64,000 nt of DNA from Psammoneis japonica (GCA_008632985.1 QPGO01000001.1:528404-592403), one strand, 5' to 3'; shown: positions 1 to 10,705, counted from the stretch's first letter. Numbers and translations: made by a program. The notes: generated from the sequence alone by a model not told the origin.

Positions 1-222
1 TGATGCAAATATAACATCACATGTCTGCACACACACATGACCTTGAAACGCGCCAGAATTTTTACATCATCAGATTCACCACCACCCGCAAGACTTCTGC
101 GACACCGTGCTAAAGTTCGAGACTAGAGACACGGCACGGAGGAGACATCGTCTCACAAAAAAGCAGACGCAGCCACACAGCTGTCACAGAAGCCACCCGC
201 AACAACAGAGCAGCCGTGCAGC

Positions 223-2778
223 ATGCCCACTTCGACCCTTGAGGCGCCAATCATGAAGGCGTCTAGGGCCCCTTCTACCACAAGTGGCGACAAGTCTGCA
301 ATCAAAACGTTTGACGCGTTTCAAGACAAAAAACAAGACAAGCCGTTTCACGGATTGGAGGAACGTCATGTGGATGGATGCCACCTCAGGACACTTGTGA
401 TGCGCTTCAGCAAGTTCTTGTCGGATGAGCCCATCTGTCGGTATGACAATCCCTCCAACGGGCTAGCAGGAATTGACGGAAAGCAGCGAATTTTTGGAAA
501 GGTCAAAGAAGCGCTAAAAATGAAGTTCCCCAAGCACCCTGACTGGGAAGACGAGGACAAGTGGCACAAGCCTCTGTTCAAAGATGTGGCAAAGGCCACT
601 GATAAAGCCAACCTCCTTAGCATGGAGTGTTCTGACAAAAGGACTTTGCCCCTGGTTCCAAACGTGTCTTCAGAATGTGTTCGAGCCAAGCAGCGAAATG
701 CTGTTCTTACGTCTGACAGAAATTCAATGTTGAGACGCGAGAACGGTGCATTCGCAAACGACATCGAGACGTTGCTTCTTGCTCTTGTTCTGCAATGCAA
801 TTATCCAATGATGAACAATGGCCCTCTTCAGCAGCGTTGCTGGATTTTGATGGGTGCCATGGCTGCTGGACGTGGAGGGGAAGTGAGGCATCAACGGCAC
901 GATGAATGGTTCTGGGATTTATTTTATGAGAATTTGGAAGCAACGTGGTGTGAGCCGAAGACTGTGGATTTGTGTGGACTCCTCTTCCCACCAAACAAAA
1001 AGTCTCATCTCTTTGATCTCTACCATGCTTTCGCGTGTTTCTATTCTTGTGAGAAAGGTCTCTATCGTCCAGACAGCATGGAGAAGGAGCTCCACAAGCA
1101 CACTTTTCCAGACTTGTGGAGCGTGAGCGACAAGTGTGTTGCCGCTAAGTTGACGTCTATTGTTCGAAGCAAGGTCAACCCGGTTCTACAGAACGATCAT
1201 TCTTCTAAGTCCATTCGAGTTGGCATGGCTACATTCTTGAATTCGCATCGAGGAGTGTCAGTTGAAGAAGCGGACGCTCGAGTTGGATGGGCGCCCGGAG
1301 CTGCCAATGGCAAGACTTACAAACGAATTACACCGCAGCTCACTCTTCCAGCGGCAAACGCGATGATGGGCTGGGATGACACTGCCGGCAAGAAATTTGC
1401 TCCAAACTTGGAATGCCTTGGGAGCCATGTGCAAGATGATGTTGAACGTCTCATTGAAAAATTGCACATGATCTCTGACTCTCTTGCTCAATTTCTGAAA
1501 GGAGGGGAGCTGCGTCCCTTCTTGCGTTCTTGCACGGCTAGTGTGATTCGGCATCACGCTGAAGTTTCGAAGGAGCTTCGTCAAAACCATCAAATCGTGT
1601 ACACGTTGGAGCGTGCTGCAGCAGAAGCGAAGATTCGTGATGGTGACACGGCTGACACCTCACAAGTGCTTCGGATCTGGGGAAAGAAAATAGACGCTAG
1701 CTTTCAAGACCGCAACCCGGATCTTTCAAGTGACATCAACCTTGCTTTACAGATAAAGCAGCAGAATGAGCTATTGTCTCGTGCATTGTCAGTGTGTGAT
1801 GCACAACGTACCGAGCTTTCCGAGCAAGCCCACGCGATTCGCAACTTGGAGATGGCTCAGCTTGAGGCCAATCAGTCCAGTAAGAAAAGGAACATTGAAC
1901 TCCTATCATCGGAGGAGGAAGATGGCACGACGGATTTTGCGGACGAAAAAATATCCAATCGAGACGGCGGCATCGAGTGCAACGTCATTGATGAAAACGC
2001 CGGCTCCACTCAAAACAACAATGTGGCTGCCTGTGCTGTAAGCCCACCAGATGCTGATGCCACTACTGCTGATGATGGTGACGCGCCGGCTGCTTCTCGA
2101 CGTCGTGTGGATTCTGACGAGTCAGCCACTGCGACTCAGCCTGTCACGGCCTCCACGCGAAAGCAACGACCTCCCGCTGTCGCGACACTGTTCTCGGCCG
2201 GAGTTGTGAGTAAGAAGTTTTCAAACAAAAAGAAAAAGAAACTGACATTGCAGGAGCAAGTGGATGGCTTGGCAAACAGCACAGGCGCAAAAATCTCTCT
2301 GCATGTATGCCTAAGTTTCTTCAAGCAGCATGGACACCTTTCTTCGTCATCCAAGGAGCGGCTTTTGCACCTCAAGTTTCCAAACAGTGAAGCAGAGCCA
2401 CAGAAGTTTAAAGCAGCTATGGAGCTCCTAGAACACGTCATGACGGAAGACCAGTGGCATACGATGCGCACTCATGACCATGCATCCGTCGAATTCCACA
2501 ATGTTTGTTACGCCGTGCAAAACACTTGCCTGCAAAAAATGAGAAAGATGGAAGAAGACGCTGGCATGAAGAGCCCCCTGGACAACAAGAAGAAGGGAAG
2601 AGCACAGCCTACCTTCATAGGTCTAGGTGCTCGAGTTATAGCGTACAAGAAGAATCAGAACATGTCAACCATCGGCGAGCAGCGAACGAGCGTCTTGGCA
2701 GGGTTTGTGAAAAAGGTTGTATCCAAAGCTTCTGGAACTAGTCCGAAAAAACCCGTGAACCCATGTGCAAAGAATTAG
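223..2778 (+). CDS. Tyrosine-recombinase (Crypton-like) protein, 851 aa, probable transposon recombinase
   Basis: Ordered YR-type motifs: AAGRGGEVR (catalytic R), EPKT (K), HSSKSIRVG (xxxR box), ARVGW (H/W), KTYKR (Tyr nucleophile, codon 1318-1320). Followed by a coiled coil, a low-complexity linker and a basic C-terminal domain. Intronless. True start uncertain. Confidence 0.75.
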   Translation: MPTSTLEAPIMKASRAPSTTSGDKSAIKTFDAFQDKKQDKPFHGLEERHVDGCHLRTLVMRFSKFLSDEPICRYDNPSNGLAGIDGKQRIFGKVKEALKMKFPKHPDWEDEDKWHKPLFKDVAKATDKANLLSMECSDKRTLPLVPNVSSECVRAKQRNAVLTSDRNSMLRRENGAFANDIETLLLALVLQCNYPMMNNGPLQQRCWILMGAMAAGRGGEVRHQRHDEWFWDLFYENLEATWCEPKTVDLCGLLFPPNKKSHLFDLYHAFACFYSCEKGLYRPDSMEKELHKHTFPDLWSVSDKCVAAKLTSIVRSKVNPVLQNDHSSKSIRVGMATFLNSHRGVSVEEADARVGWAPGAANGKTYKRITPQLTLPAANAMMGWDDTAGKKFAPNLECLGSHVQDDVERLIEKLHMISDSLAQFLKGGELRPFLRSCTASVIRHHAEVSKELRQNHQIVYTLERAAAEAKIRDGDTADTSQVLRIWGKKIDASFQDRNPDLSSDINLALQIKQQNELLSRALSVCDAQRTELSEQAHAIRNLEMAQLEANQSSKKRNIELLSSEEEDGTTDFADEKISNRDGGIECNVIDENAGSTQNNNVAACAVSPPDADATTADDGDAPAASRRRVDSDESATATQPVTASTRKQRPPAVATLFSAGVVSKKFSNKKKKKLTLQEQVDGLANSTGAKISLHVCLSFFKQHGHLSSSSKERLLHLKFPNSEAEPQKFKAAMELLEHVMTEDQWHTMRTHDHASVEFHNVCYAVQNTCLQKMRKMEEDAGMKSPLDNKKKGRAQPTFIGLGARVIAYKKNQNMSTIGEQRTSVLAGFVKKVVSKASGTSPKKPVNPCAKN

Positions 2779-2842
2779 GTGAAAGTAAAATGTATGTAAA
2801 GTAATTGTGTGTTACTGTACCAATAGAAGCTTATAGAACTGT

Positions 2843-3278
2843 CTATTTCAAATTTGGTGCGGTGCAACGACTCCAGATTTTGCGTCCGCCAGATTGTCAT
2901 GCGTCCGATCTATTCAGACGAAAAATGTGTGCTTTTCATGCCGACGGCTCCACAACTTGCCAGTCAAAGAAGTGCACCAAAGTAAGGTATAGCACATGCC
3001 AAGTGAAATGATGTGCTATCTATTTCAAATTTGGTTCAGAGAGACGACCGTGCGTCCAGCCGATTCAGACGAAGCAAGTGCTTGTCTCACGATACAAGTG
3101 GGCTAAAATAAAACATGACTACTCTAGGCACACGTCAAGTGAGTAGGTGATACAGTGCTTGTTATAATCGTATAGAATTGTTTGTTTCAAATTCGCTTCA
3201 ATTCGACTACTGTACGTCCGGCAGATTCGGACGAAGCAAGTACCTTTTTCGCCGATGAGTGTGACACTTGCCAATCAT
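2843..3278. repeat. Degenerate tandem copies of the 3' end of the RusA-like gene
   Basis: Motif chain TTTCAAATT...GCGTCC/ACGTCC...ATTCRGACGAA occurs at about 2843-2965, about 3020-3085 and in the gene itself (3184-3278). Copies 1 and 3 also share GCCGA...ACTTGCCA. Confidence 0.6.
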
Positions 3279-3825
3279 CTTGATACAATACTGTGTTTAA
3301 GCTGTCCAAAACAAACTTACAGAGATTGTCAATATCTCCTGCATCCTTGAGACTCTTCCCAGGAAAAGTAAATTCAATCCGAGCCTTCAACAACACACCG
3401 TCACGGAACTTTGGTACTGAATCTAGTCTTGATCGGCAGAGATCTGACACTACACTTGCAAACTCTTTCTCATCAGCTTGGTTTGGATTGTAAACATTTC
3501 CATTCCACCCATGCTTTGGTCTTGACTTTGGTATTGGCTTTCCGACAACGTCAAATTCAATGGAAGATCCGGTGTATGAAAATATGGGCGTGTCCGAGAT
3601 GGAGAATTTGGGCGATCGGATCTTTCGAGGACGCCCTCGTTTCTTCTTCCTTGATGGTTCACCTTTGCCAGCACTGCCAAATCTTGATGATGCCGGTAGG
3701 TTTGGAGCAATAGCCACACTCTCAAAGTCTTTTCCACCTTCGTCGTCGCTTGCGCTGTCTACAACTGTTGCGTCGTCGGCAGTTCCTCCCTCAAAACTTC
3801 GCTTCTTAACCATTCTGCCATCCAT
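3187..3825 (-). CDS. rusA: RusA-family Holliday junction resolvase with N-terminal AT-hook/NLS
   Basis: VVGKPIPKSRP N-terminal strand motif and GDIDNLCKFVLDSLNTVLYQDDWQV (RusA D-x-D-N-x-x-K...D-D signature). KKKRGRPRK is an AT-hook core. Confidence 0.85.
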   Translation of the reverse strand: MDGRMVKKRSFEGGTADDATVVDSASDDEGGKDFESVAIAPNLPASSRFGSAGKGEPSRKKKRGRPRKIRSPKFSISDTPIFSYTGSSIEFDVVGKPIPKSRPKHGWNGNVYNPNQADEKEFASVVSDLCRSRLDSVPKFRDGVLLKARIEFTFPGKSLKDAGDIDNLCKFVLDSLNTVLYQDDWQVSHSSAKKVLASSESAGRTVVELKRI

Positions 3826-3990
3826 TGCACTTTGGGTATTCAGGAAACTTCTCTACAGTATCCTCCACAGTACAGTAGGAGAAAAGGCCTTCCGTATGAG
3901 GATTCGCGTGCGACGGTAACATGTTTCCATCGCTCATCGCGTGAGCTTTCGTGTTTCGATTGATTTTTGATTTTTTTTTCAAATTTCAAG

Positions 3991-4028
3991 ACGACTCAAC
4001 GCACGACTTGACGCACGACTTAACGCAC
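3991..4028 (+). repeat. 12-bp tandem repeat ACGCACGACTYR (about 3 units)
   Basis: ACGACTCA / ACGCACGACTTG / ACGCACGACTTA / ACGCAC. Confidence 0.8.
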
Positions 4029-4079
4029 TCTCACGATTCACAGCCAAGATTCAACGGACGAACTTTTTTTCCTCCGCGC

Positions 4080-4172
4080 GCCCCCTCCGTTTCCCAACTT
4101 TCAGCCGAAAGTTGGAGCGCTTCGCGCTCCAAAAGGGGGCAACTTTCGCCGAAAGTTCGCGCTGCGCGCGAA
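4080..4172. other. Cluster of GC-rich hairpins (possible element terminus or recombination site)
   Basis: CCAACTTTC-agcc-GAAAGTTGG (4094-4115), TTGGAGCGC-ttc-GCGCTCCAA (4112-4132), AACTTTC-gcc-GAAAGTT (4141-4157), TTCGCGC-tgc-GCGCGAA (4156-4172), outer stem GCCCCCT/AGGGGGC (4080-4086/4134-4140). Confidence 0.7.
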
Positions 4173-4355
4173 AGTTCCATTTTTCCGAGGTTTCGAGCTC
4201 GCATGTCAAAACATACCAGGAGACACATGTAGATCATACCGTACAGAGGCACGACCGAGCATCGCGACAATGAAATCGACAGCATCATCGCGTTCTCATT
4301 TCTCATACCGCACTCCTAACATGCATAAAAAAGTTGATTTTTCGCAGTGATAATC

Positions 4356-6278
4356 ATGATGAATCGTCGCAGCCAGGCCTTGAAAGTGTTAGAGAAAAGA
4401 TTTGGCCGTGGTGGGAAGGGCGGCAACGAAGAAAAAGAGGAAGAAGTGCAAGAGGACTTGGAACAAATCCAACAAGAACAAGAACAAACACGATCGAATG
4501 CAGCTTCTGCCGCTGCCAGCGCTTCTCATGCAGACGAAGAGAATCAAGAAGAAGATGATGAAACAACTCCAGCATCTGGCTTGGCCGGTGCTTTTGCTGT
4601 GAATCGACAAGGGATGGTCCGTCGTGGTCGTGTGCAAGCAAGCGGCGACGACACTAGCACCACCATTGTGTCTGACTTGGGGACGGCACAATCGTGGGAT
4701 CCCATGCCTCCTCCACCACCCGGTCGAGATGAAAGCACGCTGTTGGTTGAAGCTCATTTGGCTGAACCAACCGACGATGCAGAACGAATTGCCAGACTCG
4801 AGCAAGAAAACATTCTTCTTCGAAATAAAGTTCCGCTGGTACAAGCTGAGCTTGCTCAAGAAAGTGCGAGAAACAAGGGCCGTCGTCGCAAATGTTTTAT
4901 TTTTCTAGGAATTGCAGCAGTTCTGATCACTGTGGTGGTTGTAGTCATAGTTTCTGTCACTGGAGGCCGTGGCACTTCTCTGCCGTCAACAAGCAATCCA
5001 TCAACGCTTCCGCCTACTAGCCCTTCTGGTGGTACGACCCCCCCGCCGTCTCCAACGTGGTCGCCCACTATTCTACCCACGCAGTCTCCGACTACAGTCA
5101 TCTCTGTGGATTGGCAACCTGTTGGGCAGATCTTGTATGGCAAAGCGGGAGATGATCGTTTTGGCAGTCCCGTCTCCTTGTCTCGTGATGGTATGATTAT
5201 GGCTATTGGAGCAGATCAATGGGAATCTTCTTCCAAACCCGGATATGTTATTGTGCAACGATATAATCCAAGCACCCAACAATGGATACAAATTGGCCAA
5301 GAATTGGTTGGACAAGCCGGCGTTCTCGAATTTGACCAATCTGTTTCATTAAATGGCAACGGCACAATTCTTGCCATTGGAGCTTCATGGAGTGACAGTG
5401 GCGGAGAAAATGCCGGTTATGTTCAAGTGTTTGAATACAACTCAGTATCAGATCATTGGGTCCAACTCGGTAGCAACGTCCTCAAACAAGACGCCAGTTA
5501 TGATTTTGGTATTTCCGTGTCGCTCTCTGACGTGGGAGACATTGTTGCTGTAGGAGCGCACGGTGAAGATCCTGGATTGGTTCGATTGTTTCAATACAAC
5601 CGTTTCACATCATCCTGGAAGCAAGTTGGACAGACACTGGTTCGCAAAGGTGGTGGTGGTGAATTTGGTGAATGGATTTCCTTGAGTCGCTCGGGAACCA
5701 TTGTTGGCATTGGAGCACGGGATTATGATCCGACTGGATTTGGTGTTGTGTCTCTGTTTGAATACAACTCTGCATCGTCAAGATGGGATCCACTGGGTGA
5801 TCCAATCCTTGGAAACATCAATGGATTTTCTGGATTTTCTTATTCTCTCGACGATAGTGGTTTGATTGTGGCGGTAGGTGACGATGAATTTGAGAAAGTT
5901 TTGGTTTATTCGTACGACCGCTCGACGTCGACATGGAATCAACGTGGCCAAACTCTCTTGACGCAGCAGCCTGGTAATAATTTTGGTGTGTCCTTGTCGT
6001 TGAGTGGCAACGGAAATGTTGTGGCGGTCGGAAGTGATTCGAATGACGTTAATGGATTGAATAAAGCCGGTCAAGTCCGAATCTTTCAATACGACAGCAA
6101 CACAACCAATTGGAATCAGCTTGGTGATCCTTTAAATGGCGAGGCTGAATATGATTATTTTGGATATTCAGTGTCCTTGTCGGCAGACGGAAGCGTCGTT
6201 GGAGTTGGCGCGCCTTGGACAAAAGATGCCAATGGATCATCTTTCGGATCCGTGTATGTATTTACATCGAACAATTAG
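4356..6278 (+). CDS. Type II membrane protein with FG-GAP/integrin-alpha-like beta-propeller repeats
   Basis: Acidic N-terminus with GAFAV and PPPPP motifs, a basic stretch then a TM helix (FIFLGIAAVLITVVVVVIVSV), a Pro/Thr/Ser stalk, and about 7 repeats of FGxSVSLSxDGxxxAVGA...GxVxxFxY...WxQxG. Start is among the Met codons at 4347-4359. Confidence 0.85.
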   Translation: MMNRRSQALKVLEKRFGRGGKGGNEEKEEEVQEDLEQIQQEQEQTRSNAASAAASASHADEENQEEDDETTPASGLAGAFAVNRQGMVRRGRVQASGDDTSTTIVSDLGTAQSWDPMPPPPPGRDESTLLVEAHLAEPTDDAERIARLEQENILLRNKVPLVQAELAQESARNKGRRRKCFIFLGIAAVLITVVVVVIVSVTGGRGTSLPSTSNPSTLPPTSPSGGTTPPPSPTWSPTILPTQSPTTVISVDWQPVGQILYGKAGDDRFGSPVSLSRDGMIMAIGADQWESSSKPGYVIVQRYNPSTQQWIQIGQELVGQAGVLEFDQSVSLNGNGTILAIGASWSDSGGENAGYVQVFEYNSVSDHWVQLGSNVLKQDASYDFGISVSLSDVGDIVAVGAHGEDPGLVRLFQYNRFTSSWKQVGQTLVRKGGGGEFGEWISLSRSGTIVGIGARDYDPTGFGVVSLFEYNSASSRWDPLGDPILGNINGFSGFSYSLDDSGLIVAVGDDEFEKVLVYSYDRSTSTWNQRGQTLLTQQPGNNFGVSLSLSGNGNVVAVGSDSNDVNGLNKAGQVRIFQYDSNTTNWNQLGDPLNGEAEYDYFGYSVSLSADGSVVGVGAPWTKDANGSSFGSVYVFTSNN

Positions 6279-6724
6279 ATTTGTATTTGCATTACATGAT
6301 TTTGTCATGTTTGTTGAAAACCAAAAGGGATAAACACGCGAAGAGTAAAACAAGAAGCCAATTCTTCTGCTTGTCTTAAAATCATGGCACATGTATTGCA
6401 ATGCGTAGTGTTGTCAATCCATCGCTTCTTCTCCATAGCCAACTCTCTAACTCTCCAACAAACCATATTATTATTACAATGGCGCAATGGGAAAGGTACA
6501 GGGATTCGACTGAATGATTCCTACAATAGTTCCAAAACACCCCAACGCCGAGGCAAAGATTTCCACAATCAAAAATATCTAAAACAGACTGGCTTCCTGC
6601 ACATCCGCCAAGGCACACTACGACGATCCGGCAATTCCGACACTGACGCCCGATGCATGCAAATCACGTTGAGAAAATAACAACAATTCCATATACTCTA
6701 AAATAACAACAGCTACAACTTTCT

Positions 6725-8537
6725 TCACCTCTCTTTTAAACGATTCTGCATCATGCTCAATCCCAATTCATAAATCGTCGACGACAAGAGTCGTTCTTCC
6801 CGTTTTTGTGCCGCCTTTTCCGACGCACTCTTGCTTTCCAACACTTCGATCTTGTCTTGTTTTTCCTTCAACTTGGCCTTGCATTCTTGGAGTGCCACGA
6901 GATACTTTTCTTGAAATTTCGCCAAGGTCTTTTTCGTGTAGGCTTCGAGTTTTTCCTTATCGGACGAGAGCTTGGCACGGGCCGATTCCTTTTCGGATAA
7001 TTCCAGTGTTAAGCGTTCGACTTGATCTTGAAGCTTCTTGACCGCCTCGTCGGAATTGGATGCAACTGCAGTACCACCACTTGCCCTTAATTCTTGCAAT
7101 TCCTTTTGAAGGTTTTGATTTTCAATTTCAAGTCGCATTGTCTTTTCCTTACTTTGCGCATCATCCACAAGACTCAATCCACCCACCGCAGGCAAAGCAT
7201 CATGATGATCGTGATGAGAATCCGATTGGAGTTTCAATTGCTCCAGTTCTTCTTGATACATTTTTTTCGCGGATTCCGCCGCCGTCCATTGACGTTTGGT
7301 ATCGGCCAATTCGGCAGTCGCCTTGACACTTGCCTCCTTGGCTTGTTCGTTTTCCTTTGTTAATTTTTTGACCGAATCTTTTAATTCTTGTACTTGCTTT
7401 TGCAACGCCGGCATCTTTTTGACTTGAGATTCCAATTCGACAATCTGTCGTAAATACGACGCCGATTGTTGTTCACTTTCCAACAATTTGGAATGAATGT
7501 TATCGACGCCCTCCAATTTGTTACGATAGGCCGACACGGTCGTTTCGGCTTTTTGCAATTGCAACGCCTTGGCATTGGCAACATCCAAATCATCCGCGAG
7601 TTGCGCGTGGGATTCTTGTAGTGTACTCAATTCCGTTTGGAGTGATTCGAGTTGCGATGTTTTTTCCGACAACTCTTCTTCACTGGCAATCAATTCGTCT
7701 TGACGCTTGACCAAACGATCTTGCAAATCTTGAACAAGACCTTGCAACTTTTGTAGCGACGCTGCATCGTCGGCTTCTCGAATGCTCGCTTGCGACTTGA
7801 ATTGAGCAAATTCGCGACGCAAATCCGTCAGGGATTGTTCGACGATTTGAGCATTGGTAGAAGAACTAGTAGTGTTTTCAAACAAGTGCTCGGGTTCATC
7901 ATCTTGCTCTTCCTTGTCTTGATTAAACACCAGTTCCGCGTCTTCTTCTTCTTCATCCTCATTGCCTTGATAATCACTCGTTTGTTCCAACGATGCTTGA
8001 ATAATTTGCTTCATTTGCGATTGAGACGTGGCCGACAATTTCATAATTTTGGCAATATACTGTTGCTTTTGTTGACACGTCACGGCGGCAGCCGCTACAA
8101 TATGCACCAATTTGGAAATCTCTTCCACACTCTCATTCCGAGCAATTTCGGATACCTTGAAGGAAGCAAAAAAATCACACGTCTTTTTCAATTCAACATG
8201 AAAATAATGTTCCATATTTCGCAATAATTTACGTAAATTGCTACTCTTGAGAGCCCAATTGTCACCCAAATGACGAGCAATTGTGGTGGGATCAAAATAA
8301 TCGGGGGCGCTGTAAGAGAGAATACATAACGTGAGTTTGAGTACATGCAGTAGTAAGCAACATACCGTACAACATACGATTCTAAGCATAGACTTACATT
8401 TCTGCCATGCATTCAAAGAGTGCTACACCATCACTCAATTCCTCGAGACTCGTGGGTGGTGTACCCGAAAGAGTTTCAAAGGTGGATAGAAATTCCACCA
8501 TGGCGGCAGCGGCATTGTTATCTGGAGATGACGACAT
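6725..8537 (-). CDS. HOOK: HOOK-family microtubule/dynein adaptor (2 exons: 8537-8398 and 8309-6725; about 574 aa)
   Basis: Hook N-terminal domain (LEELSDGVALFECMAEI|APDYF, NWALKSSNLRKL), long coiled coil, C-terminal REERLLSSTIYELG. An 88-bp GTAAG...TTACAG intron at 8397-8310 restores the frame. Confidence 0.9.
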
Positions 8538-8891
8538 GGTATGGTTGATTACAACGGACCGCCGCAAGTCATGGCCGTGTGTTGTGGCATGTTTGTGTTG
8601 TTGGCACGAACCAGTGTATGGGGGAAGGTGTGTAGGATTTGCGTATGTAGAATTGCACAGTTTGTTTGTACTGAGACGACGGGCGTTGTCTTTCATCATT
8701 ATGAAAAGCTATGTATCTGCTTACCTTATTTTATTCCCAAAAATAAACTCATGATTAAATATAGAATCAATATAAACTTTAGAACTAAATAAATTTAAAT
8801 ACTCATCCGTTACCCTCCAATTCGCAGTCATTGCTCTCATCACTGCACCGCACTCGCCGTTGAAAACACTCTTTATCAACAACAAATCACC
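8538..8891. promoter_or_regulatory. Probable bidirectional promoter between HOOK and V-ATPase c''
   Basis: 354-bp head-to-head intergenic region with an AT-rich core (about 8720-8800). No specific motif verified. Confidence 0.5.
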
Positions 8892-9627
8892 ATGTCTTCC
8901 GATACGTGTTCGTCTGAATTTTGCAATGCCGGTTGGTCCGAAGTCTTGACTCACATGAGTCCCTATGGTTATGCCAATTTTGGCATTGCCTTTGGACTTG
9001 GATTGAGTGTCGTCGGTGCCGCATGGGGTATTTGGTTGACGGGCTCCAGTTTGGTCGGTGCGGCCGTGAAAGCACCGCGTATTCGGAGTAAAAATCTAAT
9101 TAGGTATGTAGAAAATGTACTGGAGAAATAGAGTGAACGCGGAAATGAAAGAATATGGGAGAAAAACAACAAAAACACAACAACATGGCGTTCTCTCTCT
9201 TTGCACTGTATCACTAGTCACTCACACTCTCTTACTATCTCTATTCTCTTACTCTCTCTACAGTGTCATTTTCTGTGAAGCCACCGCGATTTACGGAGTC
9301 ATTATGGCTATTATTCTCGCCAACAAGGTCAAGGCTCCCGACGATGCCGTTTATTATCTAGATGAAAATTGGGATTGGGCCGGATACTACTATGCCGGTT
9401 ATGGCATGTTTTCCGCTGGACTTAGTGTCGGCTTGACCAATATTGCCTCGGGCGTGAGTGTCGGCATTGCCGGATCGTCGTGTGCTCTGGCGGATGCACA
9501 AGATGCCAGTTTGTTTGTCAAGATTTTAATTGTGGAAATTTTTGCGTCGGCGCTTGGTATTTTTGGAATTATTGTCGGCATTATTCAATCGAATGCGTGC
9601 ACCTTTCCCATTGCGCCGTTGGCGTAA
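8892..9627 (+). CDS. VMA16: V-type H+-ATPase proteolipid subunit c'' (21 kDa); exons 8892-9103 and 9264-9627; 191 aa
   Basis: [11 protein letters not shown]...[17 protein letters not shown]...[36 protein letters not shown]. 160-bp intron GTATGT...CTACAG. Confidence 0.95.
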
Positions 9628-9899
9628 GTAGTATTCTATATTTGGAGTAGGAGTAATAGCGAGTTGGAGAAGAAAAGCGATGGATTTGAACGCGACACGA
9701 GGCACTGCAATGCAGGTATATCATGATTGTAGGACAAGTAGCAAGCAGTAGATACTGGCTTTTGTTTTTCACTTCTCCCGCGTTTCTCTCTACGGAGGGT
9801 CCGGAACAGGTCGCCTTTTTGACTCGCCATTTAAAAACTTACTCCATTCCACGGAAGCACCAAAAGTTTTGATGTGTGAGCCGCTCTACTCTTCCCCCC

Positions 9900-10354
9900 G
9901 AGAGTTCATCGCCACAGAATTGGAACCAATGCTGAATTGCACTCACAACACATGCTCGAATGACAGTTTTGTGTCTCCACCCCACCATATATTATGATGA
10001 TGAATGCAAGACGACTTGAAGAATCGCAACCTATACTGGTACACAAGCGGATTAGGGCTACACTGTATTGAGTATAGCTCTTGAGAAGAGAGTCGATGCC
10101 TGGTAGAGAAATGTGGAACCAGACTCCACTTGTGCCCCAGTGTCTGGCATGCCCGAGTGTAGCACAAGACGGGGCTTTTGAGCATGTAATTTGCATATAA
10201 CCGTAGTCGGGTCTTTTGTGCCAATGACGATTGATTGGCCAAAGGGCTCGAAAAAGGAATTCAATCGAGTGTGGCAACTCGGGAGAACAACAACAGAGTC
10301 CCGCCAAAGGGTTTTCCTCTCAAAGGTGTTACGCACATTGCTGGTTTTGAGCAC
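9900..10354 (-). pseudogene. Possible decayed gene fragment (P-loop/sulfotransferase-like start motif)
   Basis: PRLVLHSGMPDTG resembles the LxLHxGxxKTG motif. No intact ORF. Confidence 0.25.
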
Positions 10355-10705
10355 CTAAAAGTGTATAGTGGTCACCCAATATTTTGCGGCCTGCGTAAAA
10401 AGATACTGTAGTTATTTGGAGTAGGAGTTGGTTATGAAGAAGAGGCGATGGATTGAACAACACTGTGAACTACAATATGCATGCCATGATCGTAAGAAAA
10501 GCATTATAGATGCTGGCTTTTGTTGTAGGTATGGTGCTATGTTGCTCTCTTTTGATGTTCTACAAGCATGACAATGATGCGTCGGTCGTCTTGAGTAAGA
10601 AGGATCACTTTTTACTCAATCGAAGTTTTATTCTTCATGACTGCCAAAAACTGCCATTCTACAAACTGAAGGGGCAACATCATGAAACACATATATTACG
10701 CATCT

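Noticed and set aside
223..3825. Bacterial or phage contamination or a prophage (integrase + RusA)
   Set aside because: Contiguous with intron-containing eukaryotic genes, both proteins carry NLS/AT-hook-like basic tracts and no other phage genes are present. A chimeric join cannot be fully excluded without reads.
8310..8416. N-terminus of the 563-aa ORF (MNAWQK...) as the HOOK start
   Set aside because: It reads through an 88-bp intron; the conserved Hook N-terminus lies in an upstream exon starting at 8537.
9115..9263. N-terminus of the 170-aa ORF as part of the V-ATPase subunit
   Set aside because: Intronic; splicing 9103 to 9264 restores the conserved KNLISVIFCEA.
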